A DNA stretch of 64,000 nt from Janthinobacterium lividum (GCA_050954325.1 JBPBPG010000002.1:1005371-1069370); one strand, 5' to 3'. Positions 34,815 through 45,606 are shown, numbered from the stretch's first letter. The notes: generated by a model not told the origin, from the sequence alone. Translations and numbers: made by a program.

Positions 34815-37814
34815 TCACTTGCGCAGCAGAGCCTTCAAGGCATTCTGAAATCGGCGTGCCGCATTCGCCTCATGCACCGTGGCCAGCACCTTGCCGGCGT
34901 CCTGGCCCCAGGTCTGGGCCGGCGCAGGGTCGCCACGCTTGGTCAGCAACTTGAGCTGCAGGGCCCGCCGCGCGTCGATCTGGTCGGCCGGCGTCGGCAC
35001 TTCCGCGGCCATCTCCAGCCGCAGCAGCGCTTCGGACACGTCGGCGTTGCCGGCCGAGGCACCCGACGGCGCCGAACCCACGGCCTGCGACCATGCGGTG
35101 CGCACCACCGGCGTGACCGCGCGACCGAGCTCCTGCACGCTGGGCAGTTGCGATGCATCGCGCTTTTCCCAGGCACCGAGCAATTGGGTCAGCGCTTCGC
35201 CATGCGCCTGCGCCGCGAGCTTGCGCAGCGAGAGTTCGGCGCGTTCGAGCGCTTCGCGCTGGGCGCGGAAAGCGGTATCGCCGAGACGCGGTCCGCGTTC
35301 TTCGAAGCGCGGTGCGCTGCGATCGCCGAAGCGGCCTGCGCCAGCACCGGCACCACCGCGGTCATTGCCGCCGCGCGAATCGGGACGCGGGCCACGGTCG
35401 TTCGGACGCCCGCCCGGGCCACCGGCGCCACTGCGGCTGTCGCGACGATCGCCGCCGAAGCGGCTGTCGCGACCCGCCGCGGCCGGCTCGGCCTTGCGAC
35501 TGCCAGGACGGTCGTCACCGCGGCGGGCGACCACGACCGGCTTCTGAGCGGGCCTGGGCGCGGGTGCCGGTGATTCGGTATCGCTCTCGTCGGGCACGGC
35601 ACCGACCGTGTCGTCGTCACCGTCCGCGCGCGCGCCGGCATCGGCGCTGTCGGCCGGGGCGACGAGATCGCTCGGGGTCGAAGCGGCCGAGGATGGTGCG
35701 GACGACGGCACGTCCGCCTCGTGCGCGGCCGGCTGGACGCTCGCGCTTTCGCTGAATTCGGCGGCCGCCTGTCCGGGCGCGACGACTTCGGTCGCGCCGA
35801 CGGGCGGGCCGTCCGTAGCGCCGGTTTCCGCCTTTTTCGCGACCGGTGCCGGCGCGGGCGACGCAGGAGGCGGTGCCTCGCCGCGCAGTGCGCCTTCGAG
35901 ACGCGACACCGCGGCGCGGATCTTCTGGGCATCGCCGGTAACGTTGGCCGCTTCGAGCGCCTTCGAGGCATCCAGCACATGGCGGTCGAACTCGCTCATC
36001 GCCGACGACGCCTTTTCGCGCTCTGCGGTCTTGCGGTTGAACGCTTCGTCGATCGGCGCGCGGAACGCATCCCACATCTTCTGCTCGTGACGGCGGTCGA
36101 GCGGTACGCCCTGCGCTTCGGCCTGCCAACGCTGCTGCAGTGCCTTCACAGCGTCGATGCGAAGCACAGGCATGGCACCCAGTTCCACCGCTTCCGCGAT
36201 CATGGCTTGCCGGCGCTCGACACTTTCCTTCTGGGCAGCCTCGAACGGCGCACGGGCGGCACCGAAAGCTTCGTTCCATTGCGGCTGGAGCTCGGCGAAC
36301 AGTTTTTCTCCGACATGGCCGGCATCGCGCCAGCGGTCGGCGAACTGGTGCAGCGCCCGGCTGTGTGCCTTGAGATCGGCCGCATCGGCATGCTCCGTAG
36401 CCCAGGCACGGACTTCCTCGATCAGCACGAGGCGATGAGCGCGATGCTCGGCGGCGTCGGAGCGCACCTTGTCGAGCCAGGCCTCGACGACCTTGTGGGC
36501 TTCGTTGCAGGCTTCGTCGAAGCGTTTCCACAGGCCGTGGTTCGGCACGCCGCCCTGGTCGGCCTGCTTCCATTGGTCGCGCAGCGTGCGCAACGATTCC
36601 TGGATCTTGCGGCCGCCTAGGGCCTGGCCTTCGGGACGCTTGAGCAGGCCCTCGGCCTTCGCGACCAGATCTTCGCGCACCTTGTCGGCACTCCAACGCT
36701 GCCAGCCTTCGAGTTCGCCGGCCGAAACCAGCGCCGCATGGACGCGCGCTTCGAGCGGCGGCTCGACCAGCTTGCCGTGTTCCTTCAGTACCGCTCGCAG
36801 GGCAGCGGCGGCGCCGGCGCTGGCCTTGCCGTGACCCTCTGCGGTTTCCTTCTCGAGCGTGTCGAGCGCAGCCTGCACGGCCTCCTGAGCGGCGGCGCGC
36901 TTTTCTGGATCGACGCGCGGATCGCCACGGGCGCCCGAAGGCTTGCCGGGCGCGGCGGCCGTCGCCGCGGCTGCCGCGCGGGCCTCGGTCGGCAGGCCCC
37001 GAGCGACACGCAATTCGTCCGCCCAGACCGGCACCGGTGGCAGCGGCGCGGCAGCATCCGCCGCGGCGGCGACGACCTGGCCCAGCGCGACATGGAACGC
37101 TTCGGACACCGAGAGCAACTGCGCCTTCGAGGCTTCGAGTTGCGGCGCGAAGCGCGCATCGAGACTGCTCCAGTTCGCGTCGCCGCCCAATTCGGAAGCC
37201 TGCTGCTGCCAGTGCGCGACGTCGCCGCGCAGTGCTTCCTCGGCACCCTGCGCATCGCGCCAGCCCTTGGTCGACAGCACTTCGAAACGCTGCGCCAGCA
37301 GCACGGCGGCTTCGCGCTGGACCTGCGCGCGGTGCTGGAGGTCTTCGACGCCCTTCACGCGGTCGGCGAGCCGTGCCTTGAGGGCGGCGAGCGGATCGCG
37401 CGACAGCGGCGCGCCGGCCTTGGCGGCATCGCGCTGCCAGGCGAGCGCATCGGCGATGTTGAGCTTCGACTGGGCGAGCAGCGTCTCGGCCTTCTGCGCC
37501 CATTCGACGCCGATCGCCTCCTGGCCCTTCGCGCGCTTGATCTCGTCGAGCTTCTCGCGCAACAGGCGGGCCGCGCCCTTGTCGCGGCCGCTCAATTCCT
37601 TGAACACCTCCTGCATCTGCTCGGGCGACGGGCTCGTGGCGAGCCAATCGCGGATGCGCTGTGCGCGCTCGCCCGAGGTCGGTGCCGTGAAGGCGCCGCC
37701 GGTGAGCGTATCGAGGGACTGGAGGTCGTGGTGCTTGGAAGAATTGGAGGTCACTGCGCGCTGCTGATCGTTGTCTGAATGGGAAAGCGGAAAGCGCCGA
37801 TTTCGACGGCGCAA
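34815..37814 (-). CDS. DUF349 domain coiled-coil protein
   Basis: Repeated helical units (LRDQWKQAD...LWKRFDEAC; LQQRWQAEA...MWDAFRAPID); start codon uncertain. Confidence 0.8.
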   Translation of the reverse strand: MRRRNRRFPLSHSDNDQQRAVTSNSSKHHDLQSLDTLTGGAFTAPTSGERAQRIRDWLATSPSPEQMQEVFKELSGRDKGAARLLREKLDEIKRAKGQEAIGVEWAQKAETLLAQSKLNIADALAWQRDAAKAGAPLSRDPLAALKARLADRVKGVEDLQHRAQVQREAAVLLAQRFEVLSTKGWRDAQGAEEALRGDVAHWQQQASELGGDANWSSLDARFAPQLEASKAQLLSVSEAFHVALGQVVAAAADAAAPLPPVPVWADELRVARGLPTEARAAAAATAAAPGKPSGARGDPRVDPEKRAAAQEAVQAALDTLEKETAEGHGKASAGAAAALRAVLKEHGKLVEPPLEARVHAALVSAGELEGWQRWSADKVREDLVAKAEGLLKRPEGQALGGRKIQESLRTLRDQWKQADQGGVPNHGLWKRFDEACNEAHKVVEAWLDKVRSDAAEHRAHRLVLIEEVRAWATEHADAADLKAHSRALHQFADRWRDAGHVGEKLFAELQPQWNEAFGAARAPFEAAQKESVERRQAMIAEAVELGAMPVLRIDAVKALQQRWQAEAQGVPLDRRHEQKMWDAFRAPIDEAFNRKTAEREKASSAMSEFDRHVLDASKALEAANVTGDAQKIRAAVSRLEGALRGEAPPPASPAPAPVAKKAETGATDGPPVGATEVVAPGQAAAEFSESASVQPAAHEADVPSSAPSSAASTPSDLVAPADSADAGARADGDDDTVGAVPDESDTESPAPAPRPAQKPVVVARRGDDRPGSRKAEPAAAGRDSRFGGDRRDSRSGAGGPGGRPNDRGPRPDSRGGNDRGGAGAGAGRFGDRSAPRFEERGPRLGDTAFRAQREALERAELSLRKLAAQAHGEALTQLLGAWEKRDASQLPSVQELGRAVTPVVRTAWSQAVGSAPSGASAGNADVSEALLRLEMAAEVPTPADQIDARRALQLKLLTKRGDPAPAQTWGQDAGKVLATVHEANAARRFQNALKALLRK

Positions 37815-37847
37815 TCCGCCATTTTCACCGACCCGGGAGATTTGCGG

Positions 37848-40800
37848 TCAACGGGTCGCCAGTTTGAGTTCGGCGGAGGGTTTCCAACCGGCTTCGGCGG
37901 TCGACCGCACGAGGGGTGCGCCGAGGAAAAGACGTGCGCTCGGCAGCTTCTGCGCGAGCAGGTAATCGCGCACCGCGGCACCCCGCTCCACCGCGAGCTG
38001 ACGCATCGCGTCCTCGGTGACCGTGATGCCTTCGAGCAGGATGGCCTCCATGTCGGCCAGCGGAAGGTCCTTCGCCAGGCCGATCACGTTGCGCGGCTTG
38101 GTCAGGTCGGCGCGCTTGTAGACGGCGGTGACGAGCGCAGCGTATTGGGCATCGGTGACCGGTGCGACGTCGGCCGCGTCCTCGCCGGCACGCGCGGCAC
38201 TGCGACGCTTCTCGGCCTGGGCGAGCTGCCGCAGGCGCTGGCGTTTGTAGCCGTCGCGCTCCTCCGCGAGATTCGAGGTGCCGACGACGGTCATTTGCAG
38301 TGCCGGGCGGTCGGTCAAGGCCTTCGCGATCTTGTCCAGGCTCTCGCTGGCAGAGGCCGTCAGCGTGGCGCTGCCCGCGTCGAAGGCGATCGCGCTCGCC
38401 TCCCCGCCGCTGCCGCCGCCCAGGCCACCTGTCAGCAGGGTGAACGGCGAGGTCACGGCCTTGACGATCAGGTTGCCCAGGGCCTTGAAGATCAGCGAGC
38501 CGATGCTGAACTGCGGGTCGTTCAGCGAACCGCTGATCGGCAGGTCGACATCGATCACGCCGTTGCGGTCGGCCAGCAGCGCGACCGCCAGGCGCACGGG
38601 CAGGCTGTTGGGCGCCCCCTTGACCTCCTCGCCGAAGCGCAGCTGGTTGAGCACCAGTTTGTTGGTCGCGGCGAGACGGCCTTCCGCCAAGATCTTGTAG
38701 GTCACGTCCATGCTGAGCTTGCCGCGCTCGATGCCGTGCCCGGCGTAGCGCACCGCGTACGGCGTGAGCGGCGCCAGATCGAGGTCGCGCATCCTCGCGG
38801 TGATGTCGAGCTCCAGCGGCCGCGCGAGCGGGTTGATCTTGCCGACGATGTCCAGCGCCGCGGTCTGCTGTGCCTTGCCGTGCAGCTCAAGGTCCGCCGA
38901 TTCCGGCTTCGCGCCCGGCTGCAGCGCGAAAGCGCTGAGCTTGCCGGTGAGCTCGCTGAGGTCGGCGGAGTAGTTGGGCTTGACGAAAAGGTCGGTGAAA
39001 TCGATCTTGCCGTTGACCAGGCTCATCGGGCCGAAGCGCAGGATCGCGAACGGCGCCTTCGCGGGCGGCGGCGTGGTCGCCGCGCCGGCCGTCGTGGTGG
39101 TCTCGCCGTCCGCCTCGCGACGCGTGACGGCTTCTTTCTGCGGCGTCGCGGCCGATGCGTTCTGGGCGGAAGTTCTGGTCAGGTTCTGGAGGTTGATGCG
39201 CCCGCTCGGATCGACGATGACGCGGGCGAAGAAGTCGGTCAGCGTGGTTTCGCGCACGTCGACGGTCGGCGGCACGGCCGGCGCGAGCGCCACCTGCAGT
39301 CCGCGCAGGCTCAGTGTCTTCCAGCTCAGCAGCTGGTTGTTGCTGCGCTCCAGACCCGGGGCGTCCGACTGCGTGAGCGACGCGCTGTTGGCGCGGAAAT
39401 CGTCCAGCGACGTGTCGCCCGCGAGCTTGAGGTCGATGCCCGCCGGTGCGCTCGCGAAACGCACGGTGCCCTTGTAGCTGGCGTACGCACGCCGTATATC
39501 CATATTGAGTGCGTCGGCGTAGTAGGCCTTGAAGGCGTGCGCGGGAAACGCGCTCACCTCCAGCCGGCCTTCTGCCGATAGCGGCTGCAGCACAGCGTTG
39601 CCCTTGTAGTCGAAGCGACCCGCGTCGGCGCGCCCTGCCCCGATGCGGCCCGATAGCTCGACGGCCGACGCGGCCGCCGTCCCGGGCGCGATGTTCTTCG
39701 CCGCCAGCTTGAGCGCCGTGATATCGAACGCCACCGGTGTCGCGCTCGATTTGTCGGCGTAGGAGACCGCTCCGCCGTCGACGGCGACCGAGGCGATCGT
39801 GAGTTTCCAGGGCGTCCTGTCGGCGCCCGCCGGCGCAGCCGCGGCCTCGACCGGCTTCGGTGCGGCGACCTTGGCGACAGCCCCGGTGCCCGACCCGACG
39901 CCATCGCCCGCCGTGGGCGTGCGCAGCCAGCGCTCGAACATCCAGCGGCGTTCGTTGTCCCGCTCGATGCTCACCTTCGGGTTCACGGCGGTCAGCGACG
40001 CGATGGCCAGGGTGTGCCGGGTCATGTCGACTTCCGCATCGACCAGTTCGAAGCGGCCCAGGCTGGCGAGTGCGGTCTTGGCCTGCGTCAGCGCGAGACC
40101 GTCGGCGGCGATGCGGGTGGCCTTAAGCCTCAGGTCGGCCGGCGTCCAGGCCACCTCGATCTGCCCGCTGAGCTTGCCATCGAGTGTGGGCACCAGACTC
40201 TGCGCGAGATACGGCGCGGCGAGCGACAACGGCAAGGCGTCGACCTCGGTCTGTACCCGCGCGAGCCTGTCGCTCGCCTGGCCCTTGAACTTCAGCGTGC
40301 CGCCGCCCACCTTCGTCGAGCCGTCGAACTGCGCCGGCTTATCGAAAGGCCAACGGATCGCCGTGACTTCGAGCGCCAGCGCGCGTGCCTCGATCGCTGC
40401 TGCGGGTCGGGTGGTTTCATCGGTCCAGCCGATGTCGCCGCCGTTCAGCACGAAGCGGTCGATTTCGACACGCATCTGCGGTTTCGGCGCAGCGACAGGC
40501 ACGGCAGCGACCTTCTCGGTCGCGCCGGTCTTCGGGTCGGTGGCCAGCAGGTTCAGTTGACCGGACGCATCGCGTGCGACCTTGAGCTTGGGCGCCGCCA
40601 ACACGATCTCGCCGAGATGGAACACACCGTCGAGCGGCCGGACATCGGTCAAGGTGAGCTTGAGCGAATCGAAGGCGAGCAGGTCGCGCGACCGTGCATC
40701 GGCGACCTTGGCGCCATGCGCTTCGACGGTGCCGGTGATCTCGAGTCCGGCGGTCGCAGCGCGTTCGAAATCGATCCTGAGCTCGGCGTCCAGCAGGCCG

Positions 40801-41549
40801 GACTGCAGCCTGATCGGCAATCCACCCGGGAGGTAGCCCAGGTAGGGCACGAGATCGAGACCCTTGAAGCTCAATCGCGCGTCCGTCTTGCGGCTGTCGG
40901 CGAAAGGCGTGCTTGCCGCGGCCGAATCGAAGGCGACGCCGTTGAGCCTGAAGGCGAGCTTCGGTTCGGTCGTGATGTCGCGCTGCGAGTCGAGGTTGCT
41001 CAGGAAAGGCACCTGGAACACCAGATCGCGCAGCGCGTGCTTGCGCTTTACGGTCTGGTCGTCGAAGTCGACCGAACCGCCCGAGATGGCGATGTTGTAA
41101 ATGGAGAAGCGTGCCGGTTTCCCCGGTGGCTTCCCGGGTGCGCTGGCCAGTTTGGAGAGGATGTCGTCGATGTCGTACCTGCCGTCCGCGAGATGCGTCA
41201 GCCTGACCGCCGGCCCTTCGACCGTCACCGCGTCGATGACCGGCGCCAGACGCAGCAGCGACTGCATCTCGGCATTCACGTGGATGCGCCGGACCTCCAC
41301 CTGGGTCTGGCTGCCGTCCGCTGTCGCCATGCGCAGGTCGCGCAACGTGAGCTCGAGTGTCCATGGCTTGAAGTCGACCTGGCCGACGGTCACCTGGCGC
41401 CCGAGCTTTTCGGAGGCGATCCGCTGTAGCTGGCTCTTGACCAGCGGCGGCATCCCCAGCCACGCCATGAGATAGAAGGCCGCCAGCGCGATGACCGCCA
41501 TCGCGGCACGCCGCACCCGTTTGCCTTGCATCAAAGAAACCCGATTCAT
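37848..41549 (-). CDS. DUF748 repeat envelope protein with C-terminal OmpA-like region
   Basis: N-terminal TM anchor, repeated beta-rich units, LPVRLAVALLADRNGVIDVDLPISGSLNDPQFS motif. Confidence 0.85.
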   Translation of the reverse strand: MNRVSLMQGKRVRRAAMAVIALAAFYLMAWLGMPPLVKSQLQRIASEKLGRQVTVGQVDFKPWTLELTLRDLRMATADGSQTQVEVRRIHVNAEMQSLLRLAPVIDAVTVEGPAVRLTHLADGRYDIDDILSKLASAPGKPPGKPARFSIYNIAISGGSVDFDDQTVKRKHALRDLVFQVPFLSNLDSQRDITTEPKLAFRLNGVAFDSAAASTPFADSRKTDARLSFKGLDLVPYLGYLPGGLPIRLQSGLLDAELRIDFERAATAGLEITGTVEAHGAKVADARSRDLLAFDSLKLTLTDVRPLDGVFHLGEIVLAAPKLKVARDASGQLNLLATDPKTGATEKVAAVPVAAPKPQMRVEIDRFVLNGGDIGWTDETTRPAAAIEARALALEVTAIRWPFDKPAQFDGSTKVGGGTLKFKGQASDRLARVQTEVDALPLSLAAPYLAQSLVPTLDGKLSGQIEVAWTPADLRLKATRIAADGLALTQAKTALASLGRFELVDAEVDMTRHTLAIASLTAVNPKVSIERDNERRWMFERWLRTPTAGDGVGSGTGAVAKVAAPKPVEAAAAPAGADRTPWKLTIASVAVDGGAVSYADKSSATPVAFDITALKLAAKNIAPGTAAASAVELSGRIGAGRADAGRFDYKGNAVLQPLSAEGRLEVSAFPAHAFKAYYADALNMDIRRAYASYKGTVRFASAPAGIDLKLAGDTSLDDFRANSASLTQSDAPGLERSNNQLLSWKTLSLRGLQVALAPAVPPTVDVRETTLTDFFARVIVDPSGRINLQNLTRTSAQNASAATPQKEAVTRREADGETTTTAGAATTPPPAKAPFAILRFGPMSLVNGKIDFTDLFVKPNYSADLSELTGKLSAFALQPGAKPESADLELHGKAQQTAALDIVGKINPLARPLELDITARMRDLDLAPLTPYAVRYAGHGIERGKLSMDVTYKILAEGRLAATNKLVLNQLRFGEEVKGAPNSLPVRLAVALLADRNGVIDVDLPISGSLNDPQFSIGSLIFKALGNLIVKAVTSPFTLLTGGLGGGSGGEASAIAFDAGSATLTASASESLDKIAKALTDRPALQMTVVGTSNLAEERDGYKRQRLRQLAQAEKRRSAARAGEDAADVAPVTDAQYAALVTAVYKRADLTKPRNVIGLAKDLPLADMEAILLEGITVTEDAMRQLAVERGAAVRDYLLAQKLPSARLFLGAPLVRSTAEAGWKPSAELKLATR

Positions 41550-41729
41550 CGGGCGAGTGTGCCGCAGAACAAAGTGCGTTCACGCACCGTGACCCCTCAA
41601 AAACGCCGAAGCGCCGGTTCGGTCCTGCAGATTGAGAAAATGCCTAGATTTCATTTCTTCTACGGCATTCAAATACCAAAGTGTTACTTTGATAAGTATT
41701 TATTTGCATAAAGAATAGTTTCTTTATTA

Positions 41730-41758
41730 TTGACTGGATATTAAGCGCCTTCTAGAAT
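41730..41758 (+). promoter_or_regulatory. sigma70 promoter of the SLT gene
   Basis: TTGACT-N17-TAGAAT with an AT-rich upstream tract. Confidence 0.75.
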
Positions 41759-41953
41759 CCGGCTCGCCTGTGCCACCCTTGTCGCCGGGCCGTCCCGATC
41801 CGCTGCTGAAAGTAAATCTTTTCGGCTACATCAGAGATCCGCGCTCCAACCACTTCATGCGCGGTACTGATTCATACCAATCAGCGCTGCATCTGAATCA
41901 AGCCCTCACCCCTGCGGTGCCGAGCTTTCGATGCCGCATAGAAAGGAACAGCG

Positions 41954-42859
41954 ATGAGCAAGGCGTTAGAGGCCACAGCCCGAGGGTTACGGACATTCGG
42001 TTCCGATGTGGTCGACGGCTTTTTCGAAATCATGCACAACGGTTTCGCCCTTCTCGGACTGGCCACGGTGTTCGCCGTGCTGACCCTGATGGCCCGGCCG
42101 GACCTGCGCGTCTCCGGCGAACAGCACCTTGCCGGCTGGCTCGATGCGCGCAAACCGGTCGTCGTGCCCGACGCCACCGCGCTCGACGTGACGGCCATCG
42201 AACGCACCACGGCGGCCAGCCCGCGCGATCTGCCGAGCCAGCAGGCCGCCGTCGCGTTCTGGTTGAGCAGGAAGTACCGCGTCGCGGCCGAGCCGCTGAG
42301 CGTGCTGGTGTCAGAAGCGTATTCGCTCGGCAAGCGGACCAAGCTCGATCCGACGTTGATCCTGGCGATCATGGCTGTCGAATCCAGCTTCAATCCGTTC
42401 GCGCAGAGCCACGTCGGTGCGCAGGGTCTGATGCAGGTCATGACGCGCGTGCACTCCGACAAGTACGAGAGCGCCGGCGGTTCGTTGACGGCTTTCGACC
42501 CGGTCACCAACATGCGTGTCGGCGTCAAGGTGCTGCAGGAATGCATCGCCCGCGCAGGTTCGCTCGAAGCCGGGCTGCGGTTCTATGTCGGCGCGGCCAA
42601 CCTTGAGGACGACGGCGGTTATGCGGGCAAAGTACTGGCCGAGCACGAACGTCTGAGGCTGGTGGCCGGCGGTGTGAAATCGGTGCCGACCACGCCGTCC
42701 GGCGCGCCCGCGATCAGCCGTGCGCAGCCGGTTCGTCCGACGTCCGCAGCGCTGCCTGTCGCTTCCTTGCAGAAACCGGCTTCGAACGAGGTGACCGATG
42801 CCGGCACGGCGGGCACCGCCGTCGAGGCCCGCAAGGTCGTCGCGCTAGCCGGTTACTGA
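41954..42859 (+). CDS. lytic transglycosylase, SLT domain
   Basis: AIMAVESSFNP, GAQGLMQVM, Y.G motif; AAAGGA RBS. Confidence 0.9.
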   Translation: MSKALEATARGLRTFGSDVVDGFFEIMHNGFALLGLATVFAVLTLMARPDLRVSGEQHLAGWLDARKPVVVPDATALDVTAIERTTAASPRDLPSQQAAVAFWLSRKYRVAAEPLSVLVSEAYSLGKRTKLDPTLILAIMAVESSFNPFAQSHVGAQGLMQVMTRVHSDKYESAGGSLTAFDPVTNMRVGVKVLQECIARAGSLEAGLRFYVGAANLEDDGGYAGKVLAEHERLRLVAGGVKSVPTTPSGAPAISRAQPVRPTSAALPVASLQKPASNEVTDAGTAGTAVEARKVVALAGY

Positions 42860-42918
42860 TACTTCCCTCGCGACCTGCTCCGCCTGAATACAAGCACCAA
42901 TGCCCTCGGCTACACTGA

Positions 42919-43043
42919 CCGGGTACGCGACTGGCGATAGGCGCCGCCTCCATCAATGGTGGTCGGCGCTGACGTGGAACACCACTGGGAAGCGTACCGC
43001 CCGCCATGCAAAGCGGGTGCACAGCCGTTCGCCTGGGCAGCCC
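42919..43043 (+). ncRNA. ZMP/ZTP (pfl) riboswitch
   Basis: GCGACTGGCG ... GTGGAACACCAC-TGGGAAGCG ... CCGTTCGCCTGGGCA consensus blocks directly upstream of glyA. Confidence 0.9.
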
Positions 43044-43085
43044 TTGTTTGGTTGAAACAAGGACCACCGTCTTCAAAGGACTGCC

Positions 43086-44330
43086 ATGTACCACCGCAAC
43101 ATCCTGGTCGAACAGACCGATCCTGAAATCTGGGCCGCCATCCAGGCCGAGAATGCACGCCAGGAACATCACATCGAGCTGATCGCGAGCGAAAACTACG
43201 CATCTCCCGCCGTGATGCAGGCCCAGGGCTCGCAACTCACCAACAAGTACGCCGAAGGCTACCCCGGCAAGCGCTACTACGGCGGCTGCGAGCATGTCGA
43301 CGTGGCCGAGCAGCTGGCCATCGACCGCGTCAAGCAGATCTTCGGCGCCGACGCCGCCAACGTGCAGCCGCATTGCGGCGCATCGGCCAACGAAGCCGTC
43401 ATGCTGGCCTTCCTCAAGCCCGGCGACACCATCATGGGCATGAGCCTGGCCGAAGGCGGCCACCTCACGCACGGCATGCCGCTCAACATGAGCGGCAAGT
43501 GGTTCAACGTCGTGAGCTACGGTCTCGATGCCAACGAAGCGATCGACTACGGCGCGATGGAGCGCAAGGCGCGCGAGCATCTGCCCAAGCTGATCATCGC
43601 GGGCGCCTCGGCGTATTCGCTGCGCATCGACTTCGAGCGCTTCGCCAGGATCGCGAAAGAGATCGGTGCGATCTTCATGGTCGACATCGCGCATTACGCC
43701 GGCCTGGTGGCCGCGGGCGTCTATCCGAACCCGGTGCCGCACGCCGACGTGGTCACTTCGACCACGCACAAAAGCCTGCGCGGTCCGCGAGGCGGCATCA
43801 TCCTGATGAAGTCGCAGCACGAAAAGGCGATCAACAGCGCCATCTTTCCGGGTTTGCAGGGCGGCCCGCTGATGCACGTGATCGCGGCCAAGGCCGTGGC
43901 CTTCAAGGAAGCGATGGCGCCGGAATTCAAGATCTACCAGCAGCAAGTCGTGAAGAACGCGCAGATCGTGGCCGATACGCTGACCGCGCGCGGCCTGCGC
44001 ATCGTCAGCGGCCGCACCGAAAGCCACGTCATGCTGGTCGACCTGCGCGCCAAGGGCATCACCGGCAAGGAAGCCGAGGCGGTCCTGGGCAGCGCGCACA
44101 TGACGATCAACAAGAACGCGATCCCGAACGATCCGGAAAAGCCGATGGTCACCAGCGGCGTGCGCATCGGCACACCGGCGATGACCACGCGCGGTTTCAA
44201 GGACGAGGAAGCGCGCACGACCGCCCACCTGATCGCCGACGTGCTCGAGAATCCGCGCGATGCGGCGAACATCGAAGCAGTGCGTGCGAAGGTGCACGCG
44301 CTCACCAGCCGGTTCCCGGTCTACCGCTGA
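43086..44330 (+). CDS. glyA: serine hydroxymethyltransferase
   Basis: [36 protein letters not shown]. Confidence 0.98.
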   Translation: MYHRNILVEQTDPEIWAAIQAENARQEHHIELIASENYASPAVMQAQGSQLTNKYAEGYPGKRYYGGCEHVDVAEQLAIDRVKQIFGADAANVQPHCGASANEAVMLAFLKPGDTIMGMSLAEGGHLTHGMPLNMSGKWFNVVSYGLDANEAIDYGAMERKAREHLPKLIIAGASAYSLRIDFERFARIAKEIGAIFMVDIAHYAGLVAAGVYPNPVPHADVVTSTTHKSLRGPRGGIILMKSQHEKAINSAIFPGLQGGPLMHVIAAKAVAFKEAMAPEFKIYQQQVVKNAQIVADTLTARGLRIVSGRTESHVMLVDLRAKGITGKEAEAVLGSAHMTINKNAIPNDPEKPMVTSGVRIGTPAMTTRGFKDEEARTTAHLIADVLENPRDAANIEAVRAKVHALTSRFPVYR

Positions 44331-44376
44331 AGCGCGTGGCTCCGGCGCTCGGCAAACCGCATCCGCGCCGGCTCGC

Positions 44377-44820
44377 ATGAAATGTCCTTTCTGCAGTCAT
44401 GCCGAAACCCAGGTCGTCGAGACCCGCGTTTCGGAAGACGGTGATTTCGTGCGGCGTCGCAGGCAGTGCAGCGACTGCGAAAAACGCTTCACGACCTACG
44501 AGCGGCCCGACGTCACCTTTCCGGTGGTCGTGAAGAAGGATGGCAGCCGGGCCGATTTCGATTCGCGCAAAGTCCGTGCGTCGATGATGCTGGCGTTGCG
44601 CAAGCGCCCGGTCGGCATCGCACAGATCGACGATGCACTTCTGAGCATCGAGCGGAAGCTTTTGGCCAGCGGACTGCGCGAGATCGGCTCGATGCAGGTC
44701 GGCGAGCACGTCATGCGCGAACTCGAACGTCTCGACAAGGTGGCGTACGTCCGCTTTGCATCGGTCTATCGCAGCTTCGAGGACGTCGACGAGTTTCGTC
44801 AGTTGCTGCGCGACATCTAA
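44377..44820 (+). CDS. nrdR: transcriptional repressor NrdR
   Basis: MKCPFC...RRRRQC..C.KRFTTYE zinc ribbon plus ATP cone, AYVRFASVY. Confidence 0.97.
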   Translation: MKCPFCSHAETQVVETRVSEDGDFVRRRRQCSDCEKRFTTYERPDVTFPVVVKKDGSRADFDSRKVRASMMLALRKRPVGIAQIDDALLSIERKLLASGLREIGSMQVGEHVMRELERLDKVAYVRFASVYRSFEDVDEFRQLLRDI

Positions 44821-44976
44821 AGCATTCAAGCCGACGACTTTTCGGCTCCGGGTTAATACCTGAAAGATCGATACCGACGCGGCAGGCGCCGGGCGGTTCC
44901 ATCGTGCGCGCGACCGGTGGCATCGAGCGGATCCCGACTTTCAAAATCCGTCTCGATATCGCCTTGCAGGAAGGCG

Positions 44977-45606
44977 GTGCAACGAGACGAGGCGCACTTG
45001 GGACAACAAGCACAGAACATCGCACGCCGGACACGTGGCTCGACGCTCATCGAGGTGCTCGTCGCGATCGTCGTCCTGTCGGTCGGCCTGCTCGGGATGG
45101 TCGGCCTGCATGCCGCTTCGCTGCAGAGCCACCGCGAGGCCCGGCTCCAGTCGAACGCGGTACGCCTGGGCGCGGAACTGGCCGAGCGCATGCGTGGCAA
45201 TCCGGCCGTCGCTGCTGAACCGGACGTCGGCGGCAACCCCTACCTGCAGGAAAACACGATCGCCGCGCCTGCGAAAGCGGACGTCGATTGCTTTGCGGGC
45301 AGTTGCACCTCTGCGCAGGCCGTTGCACGCTGGGACGCCAGCGAATGGTTGCAGCGCGTGTTCGCGATCGACGGTGGACTGCCCGGCGCCCGGGTCGTCG
45401 TCTGCTTCGACCAGACACCCTACGACAGCGACGGCCTGCCGCGCTGGCAGTGCTCCGGCAGCGGTGACATGGCCTACGTGAAGCTTGGCTGGACACGCGC
45501 AACGACCGGCCGTCCAAAGGGCGGCGGACTCGCTCTCGACCGCCCGACCGACGCCGGCAGCCGTCCCGGCGTCGTGCTGCCCGTCGCTTCCGGCCAGCTG
45601 TCGTGA
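44977..45606 (+). CDS. pilV: type IV pilus modification protein PilV
   Basis: RG-STLIEVLVAIVVLSVGLLG prepilin-like N-terminus, ELAERMRGN; GTG start at 44977 after AGGAAGG. Confidence 0.88.
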   Translation: MQRDEAHLGQQAQNIARRTRGSTLIEVLVAIVVLSVGLLGMVGLHAASLQSHREARLQSNAVRLGAELAERMRGNPAVAAEPDVGGNPYLQENTIAAPAKADVDCFAGSCTSAQAVARWDASEWLQRVFAIDGGLPGARVVVCFDQTPYDSDGLPRWQCSGSGDMAYVKLGWTRATTGRPKGGGLALDRPTDAGSRPGVVLPVASGQLS

